From Stegostoma tigrinum (Eukaryota), in the NCBI RefSeq assembly GCF_030684315.1, contig NC_081360.1, positions 73,087,780 to 73,151,779 on the forward strand: DNA of 64,000 nucleotides. The letters run 5' to 3'. The position numbers and the translations under genes were made by a program. Numbering within the stretch: position 1 is the stretch's first letter; each line of letters opens with the position of its first letter. Positions 1 through 12,190 of the stretch are shown piece by piece. The notes beneath the pieces were generated by a model that was not told the origin of the DNA, did no database searches, and saw nothing but the letters and a program-made list of their open reading frames with translations.

Positions 1-169
1 AGTGCAGATATCTTCCTTTTACAACAGCTTATGTATGTTGTCAATGATGTTGGAGTTACTCGATGTTATTGTTGCAAACAGCCAGTGACATGACTGACAA
101 ATATAGTTGATATAAAGATTGCAGATCACAATTTTCTGAAGAAAACAACACAACTGTTACAAACAAGTA

Positions 170-520
170 GGAGCTGAATTACAGCAATGGATGACAGTAT
201 AGATAATGCTATATAATAGATAATGTTAGGGGCACAATTTCAAAATAAGAAGTCTCCTGTTTCAGATTAAAATGAGGAGGAATTTCTTCTCTCAAGGGTC
301 TGATAATCTTTAGAATTATCTACCTCAGAGATCAGTAGAGGCTGGGTTATTGAGTGTTTTGAGGTTTACTGGACACATTTCTAATCAACAAGAGCGTCAA
401 GGCATAGTTAGCAAGCAAGTAGTCTTAAGGCAGCAATCAAATCACCTATGACCTTATTGAACGGCAGAGGAGGTCCAAGGGCCTGATGGCCTATGTCTGC
501 TCTTATTTCTTATGATTTTA
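170..520 (+). mobile_element. Decayed CR1-like 3' fragment
   Basis: ATGAGGAGGAATTTCTTCTCTCAAGGG...GGCCTATGTCTGCTCTTATTTCTTATG resembles the other CR1 3' ends in the window. Confidence 0.7.
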
Positions 521-1229
521 TAAACTTATAGTAACAATGGTGTGACATTTGGGAAGTCAGACTGTAATATCGCATGGCTCACCAACATAGGAATTAGAAC
601 AGTTCTATACATATTAGTCTAGTGGTAATGATAGCAATACTATTGGTGTTCCAAGTAATTCTTCCAATGTTTCAGAGTCAGCACATGAATGCACAAATAA
701 TACAGACATCTACATATTGCTATTGTTGATTTCATACTTTTCCAGAAGGTGTGATGTTGAGGTCCCCCAGTGTGAAATCCCAGAAAAACTTCTCATACTG
801 TTAATACTGTCATAAAAATGTTTCAAAAAGTTACACCTTGTTGAATGAAACATAACCAGTTTTTAACAGAACACTAGCCTCATAATTAAACATATTTACT
901 CAGTCTGATAAAACTAAATTTATATTCAAAATTGAAAATGTCTCTACTATGATGAAAAATTCCATGCTGTATATAGTTCTTTACAAGTTTGTTATAACAT
1001 TTCGCCATCTATTTTAAACGACTCAATCAGTTATGCCACTATCTGAAAGTTGAAATTGAAAGTGAAGGGCTTCAGTGCTTGTACTTTCCTGGCTGCTGCC
1101 TGTGAGAACAGCAAGCACAGTAAGCATCCATCACTGTTGCTGAACGTCTGGAGATCCCTTTTGAAATCACTGGTGACGGCGATATCCAAGTCATTTTTCT
1201 CCCAAATTTTCTTTGCTTTGTAAATGTAC

Positions 1230-1470
1230 TAGAACATAGAACATAGAACAGTACAACACAGTACAGGCCCTTTGGCCCACGATGATGTGCCGACCTAGCA
1301 TCTTACTAAGATCAAACTACCCTGCATACCCTACATTTTACTATCTTCCATATGCCTATCCAAGAGTCGTTTAAAAGTCTCTGAAGTATCTGACTCCACT
1401 ACCACTGCCGGCAGCACATTCCACACGCCCACCACTCTCTGTGTGAAGAACCTACCTCTGACATCTCCCT
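1230..1470 (-). mobile_element. CR1-like 3' fragment
   Basis: Reverse-complement tail AGAACATAGAACATAGAACAGTACA and similarity to the 3' end of the 9195-12190 element. Confidence 0.85.
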
Positions 1471-1664
1471 TATTCTTGATGTTCAGATATTTTATTTCAC
1501 AGTGTGGTTAGTAGAAATGGTGGCCAATTTCTGATTAAAACCCGTAGAAAATAAACATAAACATGTATTATTTCTATGCATAAACACTATAATCAAGGTA
1601 AAAATATCAATTATGTGGCACAAGTCTGTAAAACTCGAAGTATGCAACTAGTTTAAAAACTAAC

Positions 1665-1933
1665 CTGATAGGCAGCAGTAGCTGCACTCCATGCAAAATC
1701 CTTTGGAAATTCTCCATAAATGAATTCATCTTCTTTCCGAGGTGGGAAGCCATTGCCATGAATTATTTCTGTAAAATAATGTGCTGACCTCTTTGGAGTT
1801 CTTTGTCTGTTAGGATCTTTGAAATTTACATGATGCAGTCCAAACTGAAAACTATAACCATTGACCCATTCGAAACTGTCCAGAAGGGATGTAGCTGTGT
1901 ATCCTTTAAGGTTAACATTATCCAACTTGTAAG
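1665..1933 (-). CDS. LCT: LCT exon 9 (end of GH1 domain III, start of domain IV); gene continues beyond the window start
   Basis: AG acceptor at 1935-1934, GT donor at 1664-1663; 269 nt, phase 1->0; translates AYKLDNVNLKGYTATSLLDSFEW...FPKDFAWSAATAAYQ; same length as recalled human exon 9. Confidence 0.95.
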
Positions 1934-2364
1934 CTGCAATTTTTAAAAATAGAGTACAAAGAATTCCAGGTGACTTGGTTCATAATTGTTATCTTTCATT
2001 GCATAAACTATTAAGTAGTTCAATGTTATTCTCTTTGACTGTATTTTCAGTACAATATTTCTGTAAATGAGTTTGCAGATAAAGCAGCATATAACTAAAA
2101 CATTAATAATATTTAAAGAAAACCTTTCGTGGAGCAGAGACAGTAAGTTTGACATTTACTGAACTGTAACCAACTTTCTTCCTGCTGTGACCCTTCTTAT
2201 CTTTGTCCTTCTCAGCTCTCTCTTTTGATTCCATCATTTCTATATCTTATGTGTTTTAATTAAAATAGAAAAGACTTCAAATTAGCTGAAGCATGAGCAA
2301 AAGTAACTAGAGGTCATTCCTTCCTGAAGAAATCCAGATATTTCTGTAATCCCTGGATTGTCAG

Positions 2365-2750
2365 AGACTGAGGGGTGACCTTGTAGAGGTTTATAAAATC
2401 ATGAAGGGCATGGATTATAAATAGACAAAGTCTCTTCCCCAGGGTCAGGGAGTCCAAAACTAGACAGCAAAGGTTAAGGTGAGGAGGAAAGATATAAAAG
2501 GGACCGAAGGGGCAACTTTTTCACACATAGGGTGCTGCATGTATGGAATAAGCTGCCAGAGGAAATGGTGGAGACCAGGACAATCACAGCATTTAAAAGC
2601 CATCCGGAGAGGTATATGAAAAGGAAGTTTTTAGAGGGACTTGGACCAAATGCTGGTAAATGGGTTTAGATTTATATAGGATATCCAGTTGGCATGGACG
2701 AGTTGGACAGAAAGATTTGTTTTGTGCTGCGTGTCCTTATGATTCTATCA
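2365..2750 (+). mobile_element. CR1-like 3' fragment
   Basis: AGACTGAGGGGTGACCTTGTAGAGGTTTATAAAATCATG (RLRGDLVEVYKIM) through a GATTCTAT tail. Confidence 0.8.
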
Positions 2751-2794
2751 CTCTTTTAATTTTGGATGAGAGGACTAGCTGAACTAGTTCAAAA

Positions 2795-3165
2795 GTTGGG
2801 ATCAGAAACAAAGTTGCTGGAGAAGCTCAGCAGGTCTGGCAGCGTCCGTGAAGGTAATAAACAGAGTTAAGGTCTAGGCCCGAAACGTCAGCTTTTGTGC
2901 TCCTGAGATGCTGCTTGGCCTGCTGTGTTCATCCAGCCTCACATTTTATTATCTTGGAATCTCCAGCATCTGCAGTTCCCATTATCTCTTAAATTTTCGG
3001 GTCCGGTTTTGTTCTGAGCGCTGTTGTCCACCTGAGGAAGGGTCACCATACCTGAAACATAAACTCTGTTTTATGCCTCACAAATGCTGCTAGACCTGCT
3101 GAGCTTCTCCAGTAATTTTGTTTTTGCTCCTGGTTTACAGCATCCGCGATTCTTTCGGTTTTTTT
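2795..3165. repeat. Self-inverted family B element with a family A element nested at 2870-2989
   Basis: AAGTTGCTGGAGAAGCTCAGCAGGTCTGGCAGC...inverted GCTGCTAGACCTGCTGAGCTTCTCCAG. Confidence 0.88.
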
Positions 3166-3248
3166 AAGTTTAAGAGTTAGAATTGTTACAAGCGCCCTCA
3201 ATAAACACTTCCTGTACTATTTGTACATGAAAAATAGAAACAAATAAC

Positions 3249-4805
3249 CTTTTAGAGCCTCATTGATATACGTTTTGTAGAAGAATATTCTGTCAGTATC
3301 ATCCACAGTGGAAATCGGTTTTGTAGCTACTCCATTTCCAGTTATGTAAATAGGGGGATTGCTATACTCCTCTTTGATCCAGTTCAGAAGTCTTCTGAGC
3401 CCCCAGGCTGCAGCCCTGAACTTCTTAATAGCTGATGTTGGCCATCCTGGGTCAAATCCTTCAGCTGTGTCTCGATCATATTCATAAGAAAATGATTTCA
3501 GTTTGGCAATATTATGACTTACAATTTTCGTGGTGTATGTAGTGAGACAAAAAACATCTGCAGTACCACGGATAAAATTTTTCTCCTGCTCTGTAAACTG
3601 AGGAAGCCTTGAAGCTGACAGATGTTGCAGTTCACTCTTGTTTCCAACCTGCCATTTCATTGCCTCGGGATAATCACCATTTTTAAAAATGGGGTGTGCA
3701 AACCAGCCCAAAGTAAACTGCAGGTAGCGATCAGCTGCAGCCACATCCCGGAGATTATTAAATATCTTGGGTTCTGCCCAGTCTGCATTAAGGCTGATGG
3801 AAATTAAGCCTTTCTGAGTACTCCTGTATTTATCATCATATGTGTGAAAAGCTTTGGCATGAGCTTTTAGCACTACATGTGCTACTCTGTATGGAAGATG
3901 ACCTGGTTCATTTAAAGCTGGGGGAAAGGAGCTTGTGCCATATCCTTCCCAACTGAATACAGAGGGTTCGTTAAATGTGATCCAGAACCTAACCCTATCA
4001 CCAAAAGTTTTGAAGCAGTAATCAGCGTATGTATTGAACAAGCCAATCAATTCTTCTTTTTCCCAGCCTCCAATATCTTGAAGAGCCTGAGGTAAATCCC
4101 AGTGGTAAAGTGTTACCCTTGGTGTAATGTTGCTGGCAAGGAGGCCATCAATTAGCTTGTTATAGTAATTGACACCAGCTAAGTTCAATGATTCAATACT
4201 GCCATTAGAGAAAATACGAGGCCATGAAATAGAAAAGTGGTAAGTTTGAACTCTCAGTGCTCGAAGCATGAAAAGATCTTCATCAATTTTGTTGTAACTA
4301 TCACATGCAACATCTCCTGTATGACTTTTCAAGACCATATTAGGTGTGTGTGTGAAATTGTCCCATATACTAGGTCCTTTTCCGTCAGCATTCCACCCTC
4401 CTTCGATCTGATAAGCTGAAGAGGATGCACTCCACACAAATCCTTCTGGGAATGTGTCATAAAAAAATGTATCCCTTTCCATGTCCTCCTGGCCTGAAAA
4501 CTTCTCCCACACAATCTTAGCTTTAGAAGGTACTTCAGATGCAGGCAAAGCAGTTAATTTTTTAACATTATTGTTGTGAACAGTGGTCTGAATTAAGTAT
4601 TTCAAAGAACGATTAACAAAACCGTTATTCTTGATTATTTGTGTGTAAAGATATGCTGATTCCTTTGGCGTTCTAGGTCTGTTAGAATCTTCAAAATTCA
4701 CGTAATGGAGTCCAAATCGATGGTTGTACCCTTGTGGACCTTCAAAACTATCCATTAATGACCGTAGTGTAAATGCCTTCACATTGACATTATCTGTGAT
4801 AGAAG
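3249..4805 (-). CDS. LCT: LCT exon 8 (end of domain II, most of GH1 domain III)
   Basis: AG at 4807-4806, GT at 3248-3247; 1557 nt, phase 1->1; contains [38 protein letters not shown] and YITGNG. Confidence 0.96.
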
Positions 4806-5316
4806 CTGGTGGAATGCAAAGGTAAAGTGATGTTAAATATGTTTGCAGCAAATATATGCAACTAGCAAATTATGTGAGGCTATCGATCAACCAGTTTTAA
4901 AGTCATTATTCAGCTTTGCAACATGTTTTACCTTTAAATCTTCATTAATTTTGCAAAAATAGTTATGATAAATAAGTAAAGGTTAAAATACCAGTAGCTC
5001 TCTATTTTTGTCATGTGATTCATATCATTACTTTCTTGCCAAACTCATAATCATCACAATGCTTGTTTTTTGCCAACAAGCCCTATTGAAACTGTATGGC
5101 ATTTCTGCAGTACATCTAAGAAAATCTGTTTTCAGCAACTTCTCTCAAAATGTGCTATATACAGTAATTTACTATTTGCTTCAACTTTGTGCTTAAACAT
5201 TAATTAAAATAGCTAAGGAAATTGTATTATGGCAGGAATAGTAGATTAGGTGTGTGTCACATAACTACCAAATTAGCAAACCACTTTTTGAACCTTTATC
5301 AATATGATATGAGACA

Positions 5317-5638
5317 GGTGGCACAGTGGCTCAGTGGTTAGCACTGCTGCCTCACAGCGCCAGGAACCCGTGTTTGATTCCACCCTTGCGCGACTCTTTG
5401 TGTGGAGCTTGCATATTCTCCCCGTGTCAGCATGGGTTTCCTCTGGGTGCTCCAGTTCCCTCCTACAGCCCAAAGATGTGCAAATTAGACAGATTGGCCA
5501 TGTTAAATTGCTCACAGTGTTCAGAGATGTATAGATTAGGTGGGTCATAGGGGGTTGGGTCTAGGTAGGATGCTCTGAGGGTCAGTGTGGACTTGTTGGG
5601 GCTGGATGGCCTGTTTCCACACTGTAGGGATTCTATGA
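5317..5638 (+). mobile_element. tRNA-derived V-SINE (HE1-like)
   Basis: Box A TGGCTCAGTGG, box B-like GTTTGATTCC, central TGTGTGGAGCTTGCATATTCTCCCCGTG domain, CR1-like tail GGCCTGTTTCCACACTGTAGGGATTCTATG. Confidence 0.9.
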
Positions 5639-6183
5639 ATGATAGTCGAGGCTTAATGGAATCTTCAATCATCACTGTTGTACTATTTTGATTGAGGGCA
5701 TATTAAGAAATCTGTGCGCTTTTGTTTTCTTAGTAATGGCTTGGCACTGTGATAAGTGTATTACAATAGTTGTCACCTTGCTGGATCAGACCACATACAA
5801 GGAACTGGGATAGACTAGATTGTAGGTTGCAATATGGTTTACAAGATCAATACACCATAGTGTGGAAGATAGTAGGTTAATTTCTTAATAATTTAGATTA
5901 TGACACCTTTGGAATGAGTGCTTCAGTACTGAATAAACAGATGAATATTTATCAATAGATTATTTGTACATATCATACATCGATATTGAATCTGTAATTG
6001 CAATACAAGGTCTTTTTTTATTTAAGAAAACAGGGTATATTGTTGATGGTATCCTGCAATACAATGGTCAAATGATATTAAAGCAGAAATGACTGGCTGA
6101 ATAATTTATGGATAATTAGCATTATATGTTACTTACATGTTATTCCTAAATTATCTATAATGACAGAAGGAATATATATTTAC

Positions 6184-7556
6184 CCTTTAGTGCTTCATTA
6201 ATGTAGGCAGCAATACTCTCTATCCTTATGGTGTCATTTATGATATCAAGGCCATCATATTCTGTTGGAATTCCATGCCCTGTTATGTAAATCGGAATGC
6301 TGGTACCCGTATACTCATGGGTAACAAAATTTAGTAACCTTCGTAAGCCCCAGGGCACAATGTATATCCAGGGTGATACAGTTGAGCGCCATGAATTGTC
6401 AACCTGTGGAAAAAAGTCTCCAATACGGTTGTAATCTGAAACGCATACTTTATTGGTGGTAGAATTGATTAGTCGAGAGGTGTAGTGACTGAGTCCAAAA
6501 AAATCTGAAGTTCCATTTATGTATTGTTTTTCCTTTTCTGTAAATGATGGAAAATGGACAGGGGCAGAAGGACATTCCTGATTATATTTTTTTATCTGAG
6601 CTTTTAAGGTTTCTGGATAGTCACCATTAACAAAGATTGGATGAGCAAACCAGCCCAACATAAACTGCAGGTATCGATCAGCTGTTTGAACATCTTCTGG
6701 CTTATTAGGAGATTTAGGTTCTGCCCAGTCTGAATTCAAAGCTATTCCTACTTGACCATGCTGCTGAGAGCGGTAGTTATTATTGTAAATGTGCCAAACA
6801 TTGGCATGGGCCTTGATTACAGAATGGGCCACCTTATAGGATGCATTAGTTGGATCACTGATTCCGGGTGCATGCTGTCCTGTGCCATAGCCAGCATAAC
6901 TAACTACCCAGGGCTCATTAAATGTGATCCAGTACTTCACACGGTCTCCAAAGGTAGCGAAACAAAAATCTGCATAATCACTAAATGCTTTTATGATGTT
7001 CTCATTCTGCCATCCACCAATATCTTGCAAAGCTTGGGGAAGATCCCAATGATATAGAGTTACCATTGGTTGAATGTTGGACTCCAACAGACTGTCAATT
7101 AACTTGTTGTAATAGTCTATTCCATCTTGGTTCGGTTTAGTCCAATTGCCTGTCGGGAAAATTCTAGACCATGATAAGGAGAACTTATAAGAGTTAATTT
7201 GTAAACCTCTCATTAAGTAAACATCATAATCAATTTTATGGAAGCTATCACAGGCAATATCTGCCGTCTGGTTTTTTTCCACTTTTCCCTCATGTGCAAA
7301 CCTGTCCCAAATATTTTCTCCTTTCCCCTGTTCGGCCCAGCCTCCCTCAATTTTAAATGAGGCAGTAGCTGTGCTCCATAGAAAAGTGCTGGGAAAAGTA
7401 CCAATCAGGAAGGAGTCCCTCTCTGCATTTGATTGTACAGAAAACTTTTCCCAAACAGTCTGATAAGCTGAAAGGCGAGATCTTCCATGAAACTGGATAT
7501 CACTGTTATGTTCTGCCAGCTCATCTTCACTTCCTTCTTCCATTGGAGAAAAGTTG
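6184..7556 (-). CDS. LCT: LCT exon 7 (GH1 domain II; corresponds to human exons 6+7)
   Basis: AG at 7558-7557, GT at 6183-6182; 1373 nt, phase 2->1; SAYQTVWEKFS...[34 protein letters not shown]. Confidence 0.96.
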
Positions 7557-7929
7557 CTGAAAACGTGAGATAAAAGAAAGGTTAAACCACTTAAGAAATC
7601 CTGTTAACGCAAAACACTGAGCTTCACTATTTCAGTAAAGCGAGGATAATGCCTAGATTTGGATCAGAAGGCATGGAAGACTTACAGCCCAAACTTTCAT
7701 AGCTACTGCTCCTCCTCAGATATCTGCCCAATTAGAGCAGGAGCATATGCCAACCCAAATCACAGCTGGGATGGGGCAAGACAATATTAAAATATTTGAC
7801 TGGGCAGGCAATCACAGTTATTTTGCTCCAACTGCCCCTCAGAAAATCAGAACTCAATCTGCAGATCTGAGGATGGAAGCTGGAGGTCCTTAACAGATTA
7901 AAGATAGAATTCTTGCAACAACAGCTTCA

Positions 7930-8246
7930 ATTTAGATTAGATTACCTAGAGTGTAGAAACAGGCCCTTTGGCCAAACAAGTTCACACCGCCTCTTGAAGC
8001 ATCCCACCCAGACCAATCCCCCTAAAACACACACACCCCAACACACTATGGGCAATTTAGCATGGCCAATCCACCTAACCTGCACATCTTTGGACTGTGG
8101 AAGGAAACCGGAGCACCCGGAGGAAACCCACACAGACACCGGGAGAATGTGCAAACTCCACACAGACAGTCGCCTGAGGCAGGAATCGAACCTGGGTCCC
8201 TGGCGCTGTGAGGCTGCAGTGCTAACCACTGAGCCACCATGCCGCC
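7930..8246 (-). mobile_element. V-SINE (HE1-like)
   Basis: Reverse complement of the same head and core; (AATCT)n tail. Confidence 0.9.
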
Positions 8247-9194
8247 ACAAATTTATAAAGCGTCTTTGTCACAGAAAATATCTCTAGATACTTTGCTGAG
8301 ATATACGATAACAAAAATGAATGCCAAGCTACAAAATTGAACAAAAATTAGATCAGAGCTGCTGTAAGGAAATTATTTAGTGCACAGAGGTAGATATTTG
8401 ATGGGTTATTTTTGTGAGGGAATCCCGGGGCGTGGGCCTATATAGCAACAACACGCAAACGAGAGTTTAGTTTATATATCATGTTGAATGTGATAATATT
8501 GCACTGTGAGCTTCACAAGAGTATTATAAAGCAAAATTTGATCTTGACTTACATTTGAATGAGTGGGGTGGATGGCCAAAGGCTTGGTAAAAGAGGTAGG
8601 TTTTAAGAAGTGTTTTAAAGGAGGAATGTGAGGTGAGGAGAAGCGAAGAGGTTTAGTAGGGTATGGACCTTAGCAGCTGAAGGCAAAGACACCAATGACG
8701 GCATGATTAAAATCAGGAATGCTCAAGAGGCCAAAATTAGAGGAACAAAAGTCTTTGAGAGTTGTTAGGGTGGCGATGTTTATGAAAGCGTGGAGATGGC
8801 GATGGTGGGGGTGGTACTGTAGAATGATGTGAAAATAAGATCAAGAAATTTTCAAAGTTGAGACATTGATGGGTGATTGGAAAGCGATAAGGTCACAGTC
8901 AATAGATTTTTGGATGGCCTCAAGTTTATACAAGGTAGAATTTGGGAAGCTAGCCAGGAGTGCATTGGGATATTTAAGGGTCAGTGTAACAAAAGGATAG
9001 ATGAAGGATTCAGTCACTGCAACAGGTACAAAATTAGATGACAAGAAGTAGGCCACCTTGGTGGTGCTGTGAAAATATGCTTGAAGGTGCTTCTCAGGGT
9101 CAAAAGTGACACCAAGTTGAAGATGAACCAAAGCTGATGAAGGACAGAAAGAAGTACAAGATGCGAAAATCAGATGAGATATGGTAGAATAGTT

Positions 9195-12190
9195 TGGTTT
9201 AAACTAGTATGGCAGGGGGGTGGGAACCTGAGCTGTATACCAGAGGTGAGCGTTGATGCAGGTGAGGCAGTAGCAAGAGGTAGACCAGCTAGTGGGAAGG
9301 ATTTTCCTGGGAAGGAACCAAGGGATCGGTTAAAGTGTGTTTGCTTTAATGCAAGGAGTATCAGGAATAAAAGTGATGAACTTAGAGCATGGATCAGTAC
9401 CTGGTGCTATGATGTTGTGGCCATAACAGAGACATGGGTTTCTCATGGGCTGGAATGGTTGCTGGATATTCCAGGGTTTAGAACATTTAAAAAGAATAGG
9501 GAGGGGGGAAAAAGAGGAGGGGGTGTAGCACTACTAATCAGAGAGGGTATCACAGCTACAGAAGCTTCCATTGTCGAGGAAGATCTGCCTACTGAGTCAG
9601 TATGGGTGGAAATTAGGAACAGCAAGGGAGTAGTCACCTCGTTAGGGGTTTACTACAGGCCCCCCAATAGCAGCAGGGAGATTGTAGAAAGCATAGGTCG
9701 ACAGATTTTGGAAAAGTGTGGACGCAGTAGGGTTGTTGTAATGGGTGACTTTAACTTTCCTAATATTGATTGGAACCTCCTTCGAGCAGAAGATTTGAAT
9801 GGAGCTGTTTTTGTAAGGTGTGTTCAGGAGGGTTTCCTAACGCAGTACGTTGACAGGCCGACGAGGGGAGAGGCCATTCTAGACTTGGTGCTCGGAAACG
9901 AGCCGGGGCAGGTATCAGATCTTGTGGTGGGAGAGCATTTTGGTGATAGTGACCATAACACTCTCTCATTCTACATAGCTATGGAGAAGGAGAGGATTAG
10001 GCAGAATGGGAGGATATTTAATTGGGGAAGAGGAAACTATGATGCGATTAGACACGAGTTAGGAAGCATGGACTGGGAGCAGTTGTTCCATGGTAAGGGA
10101 ACTATAGACATGTGGAGATGGTTTAAGGAACAGTTGTTGGGAGTGATGAGTAAATATGTCCCTCTGAGACAGGCAAGACGGGGTAAGATAAAGGAACCTT
10201 GGATGACGAGAGCGGTGGAGCTTCTAGTGAAAAGGAAGAAGGTAGCTTACATAAGGTGGAGGAAGCTAGGGTCAAGTTCAGCTAGAGAGGATTACATGCA
10301 GGCAAGGAAGGAGCTCAAAAATGGTCTGAGGAGAGCCAGGAGGGGGCACGAGAAAGGCTTGGCAGAAGGAATCCGGGAAAACACAAAGGCATTTTACACT
10401 TACGTGAGGAATAAGAGAATGGTCAAAGAAAGAGTAGGGCCGATCAGGGATAGCATAGGGAACTTGTGTGTGGAGCCTGAGGAGGTAGGGGAAGCCCTAA
10501 ATGAGTTTTTTGCTTCTGTCTTTACGAAAGAAACGACCTGTGTAGTGAATGAAACCTTTGAAGAGCAGGTGTGCATGCTGGAATGGATAGAGATAGAGGA
10601 AGCTGATGTACTGAAAATTTTGTCAAACATTAAGATTGACAAGTCGCCAGGCCCGGATCAGATTTGTCCTCGGCTGCTTTGGGAAGCGAGAAATGCAATT
10701 GCTTCGCCACTTGCGAAGATCTTTGCATCCTCGCTCTCCACTGGAGTCGTACCTGAGGACTGGAGAGAGGCAAATGTAATTCCTCTCTTCAAGAAAGGAA
10801 ATAGGGAAATCCCCGGCAATTATAGACCGGTAAGTCTCACGTCTGTCGTCTGCAAGGTGTTAGAAAGGATTCTGAGGGATAAGATTTATGACCATCTGGA
10901 AGAGCATGGCTTGATCAAATACAGTCAACACGGCTTTGTGAGGGGTAGGTCATGCCTTACAAACCTTATCGAGTTTTTTGAGGATGTGACTAGTAAGGTT
11001 GATGAGGGTCAAGCTGTGGATGTGGTGTATATGGACTTCAGTAAGGCATTTGATAAGGTTCCCCACGGAAGGCTCATTCAGAAGGTCAGGAGGAATGGGA
11101 TACAGGGGAACTTAGCTGCTTGGATACAGAATTGGCTGGCCAACAGAAGACAGCGAGTGGTAGTAGAAGGAAAATATTCTGCCTGGAAGTCAGTGGTGAG
11201 TGGGGTTCCACAGGGCTCTGTCCTTGGGCCTCTACTGTTTGTAATTTTTATTAATGACTTGGACGAGGGAATTGAAGGATGGGTCAGCAAGTTTGCAGAC
11301 GACACAAAGGTCGGAGGTGTCGTTGACAGTGTAGAGGGCTGTTGTAGGCTGCAGCGGGACATTGACAGGATGCAGAGATGGGCTGAGAGGTGGCAGATGG
11401 AGTTCAACCTGGATAAATGCGAGGTGATGCAGTTTGGAAGGTCGAATTTGAAAGCTGAGTACAGGATTAAGGATAGGATTCTTGGCAGCGTGGAGGAACA
11501 GAGGGATCTTGGTGTGCAGATACATAGATCCCTTAAAATGGCCACCCAAGTGGACAGGGTTGTTAAGAAAGCATATGGTGTTTTGGCTTTCATTAACAGG
11601 GGGATTAAGTTTAAGAGTCGTGAGATCTTGTTGCAGCTCTATAAAACTTTGGTTAGACCGCACTTGGAATACTGCGTCCAGTTCTGGGCGCCCTATTATA
11701 GGAAAGATGTGGATGCTTTGGAGAGGGTTCAGAGGAGGTTTACCAGGATGCTGCCTGGACTGGAGGGCTTATCTTATGAAGAGAGGTTGACTGAGCTTGG
11801 TCTCTTTTCATTGGAGAAAAGGAGGAGGAGAGGGGACCTAATTGAGGTATACAAGATAATGAGAGGCATAGATAGAGTTGATAGCCAGAGACTATTTCCC
11901 AGGGCAGAAATGGCTAGCACGAGGGGTCATAGTTTTAAGCTGGTTGGTGGAAAGTATAGAGGGGATGTCAGAGGCAGGTTCTTTACGCAGAGAGTTGTGA
12001 GAGCATGGAATGCGTTGCCAGCAGCAGTTGTGGAAGCAAGGTCATTGGGGTCATTTAAGAGACTGCTGGACATGCATATGGTCACAGAAATTTGAGGGTG
12101 CATCCATGAGGATCAATGGTCGGCACAACATTGTGGGCTGAAGGGCCTGTTCTGTGCTGTACTGTTCTATGTTCTATGTTCTATGTTCTA
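9195..12190 (+). mobile_element. CR1-clade (HER1-like) LINE, 5'-truncated at the ORF1/ORF2 junction, intact ORF2, in an LCT intron antisense to LCT
   Basis: Uninterrupted ORF 9174-12095 with APE endonuclease (NARS, ITETW, YRPP, GDFN, SDH) and RT (YRPVSL, DFSKAFD, GVPQGSVLGP, FADD); 3' tail (TTCTATG)n ending at 12190. Confidence 0.97.

Noticed and set aside
5317-5385. tRNA genes at SINE heads
   Set aside because: Box A/B heads continue into a SINE core and LINE-derived tail; they are not stand-alone tRNA genes
8545-9170. Old L2-like LINE remnant flanking the intact CR1 (also about 12190-12500)
   Set aside because: Resemblance is suggestive but too decayed to support a call without a profile search
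9174-9194. ATG at 9174 as the true start of the LINE ORF2
   Set aside because: It lies in flanking sequence upstream of the element boundary (about 9195); the in-frame extension is fortuitous
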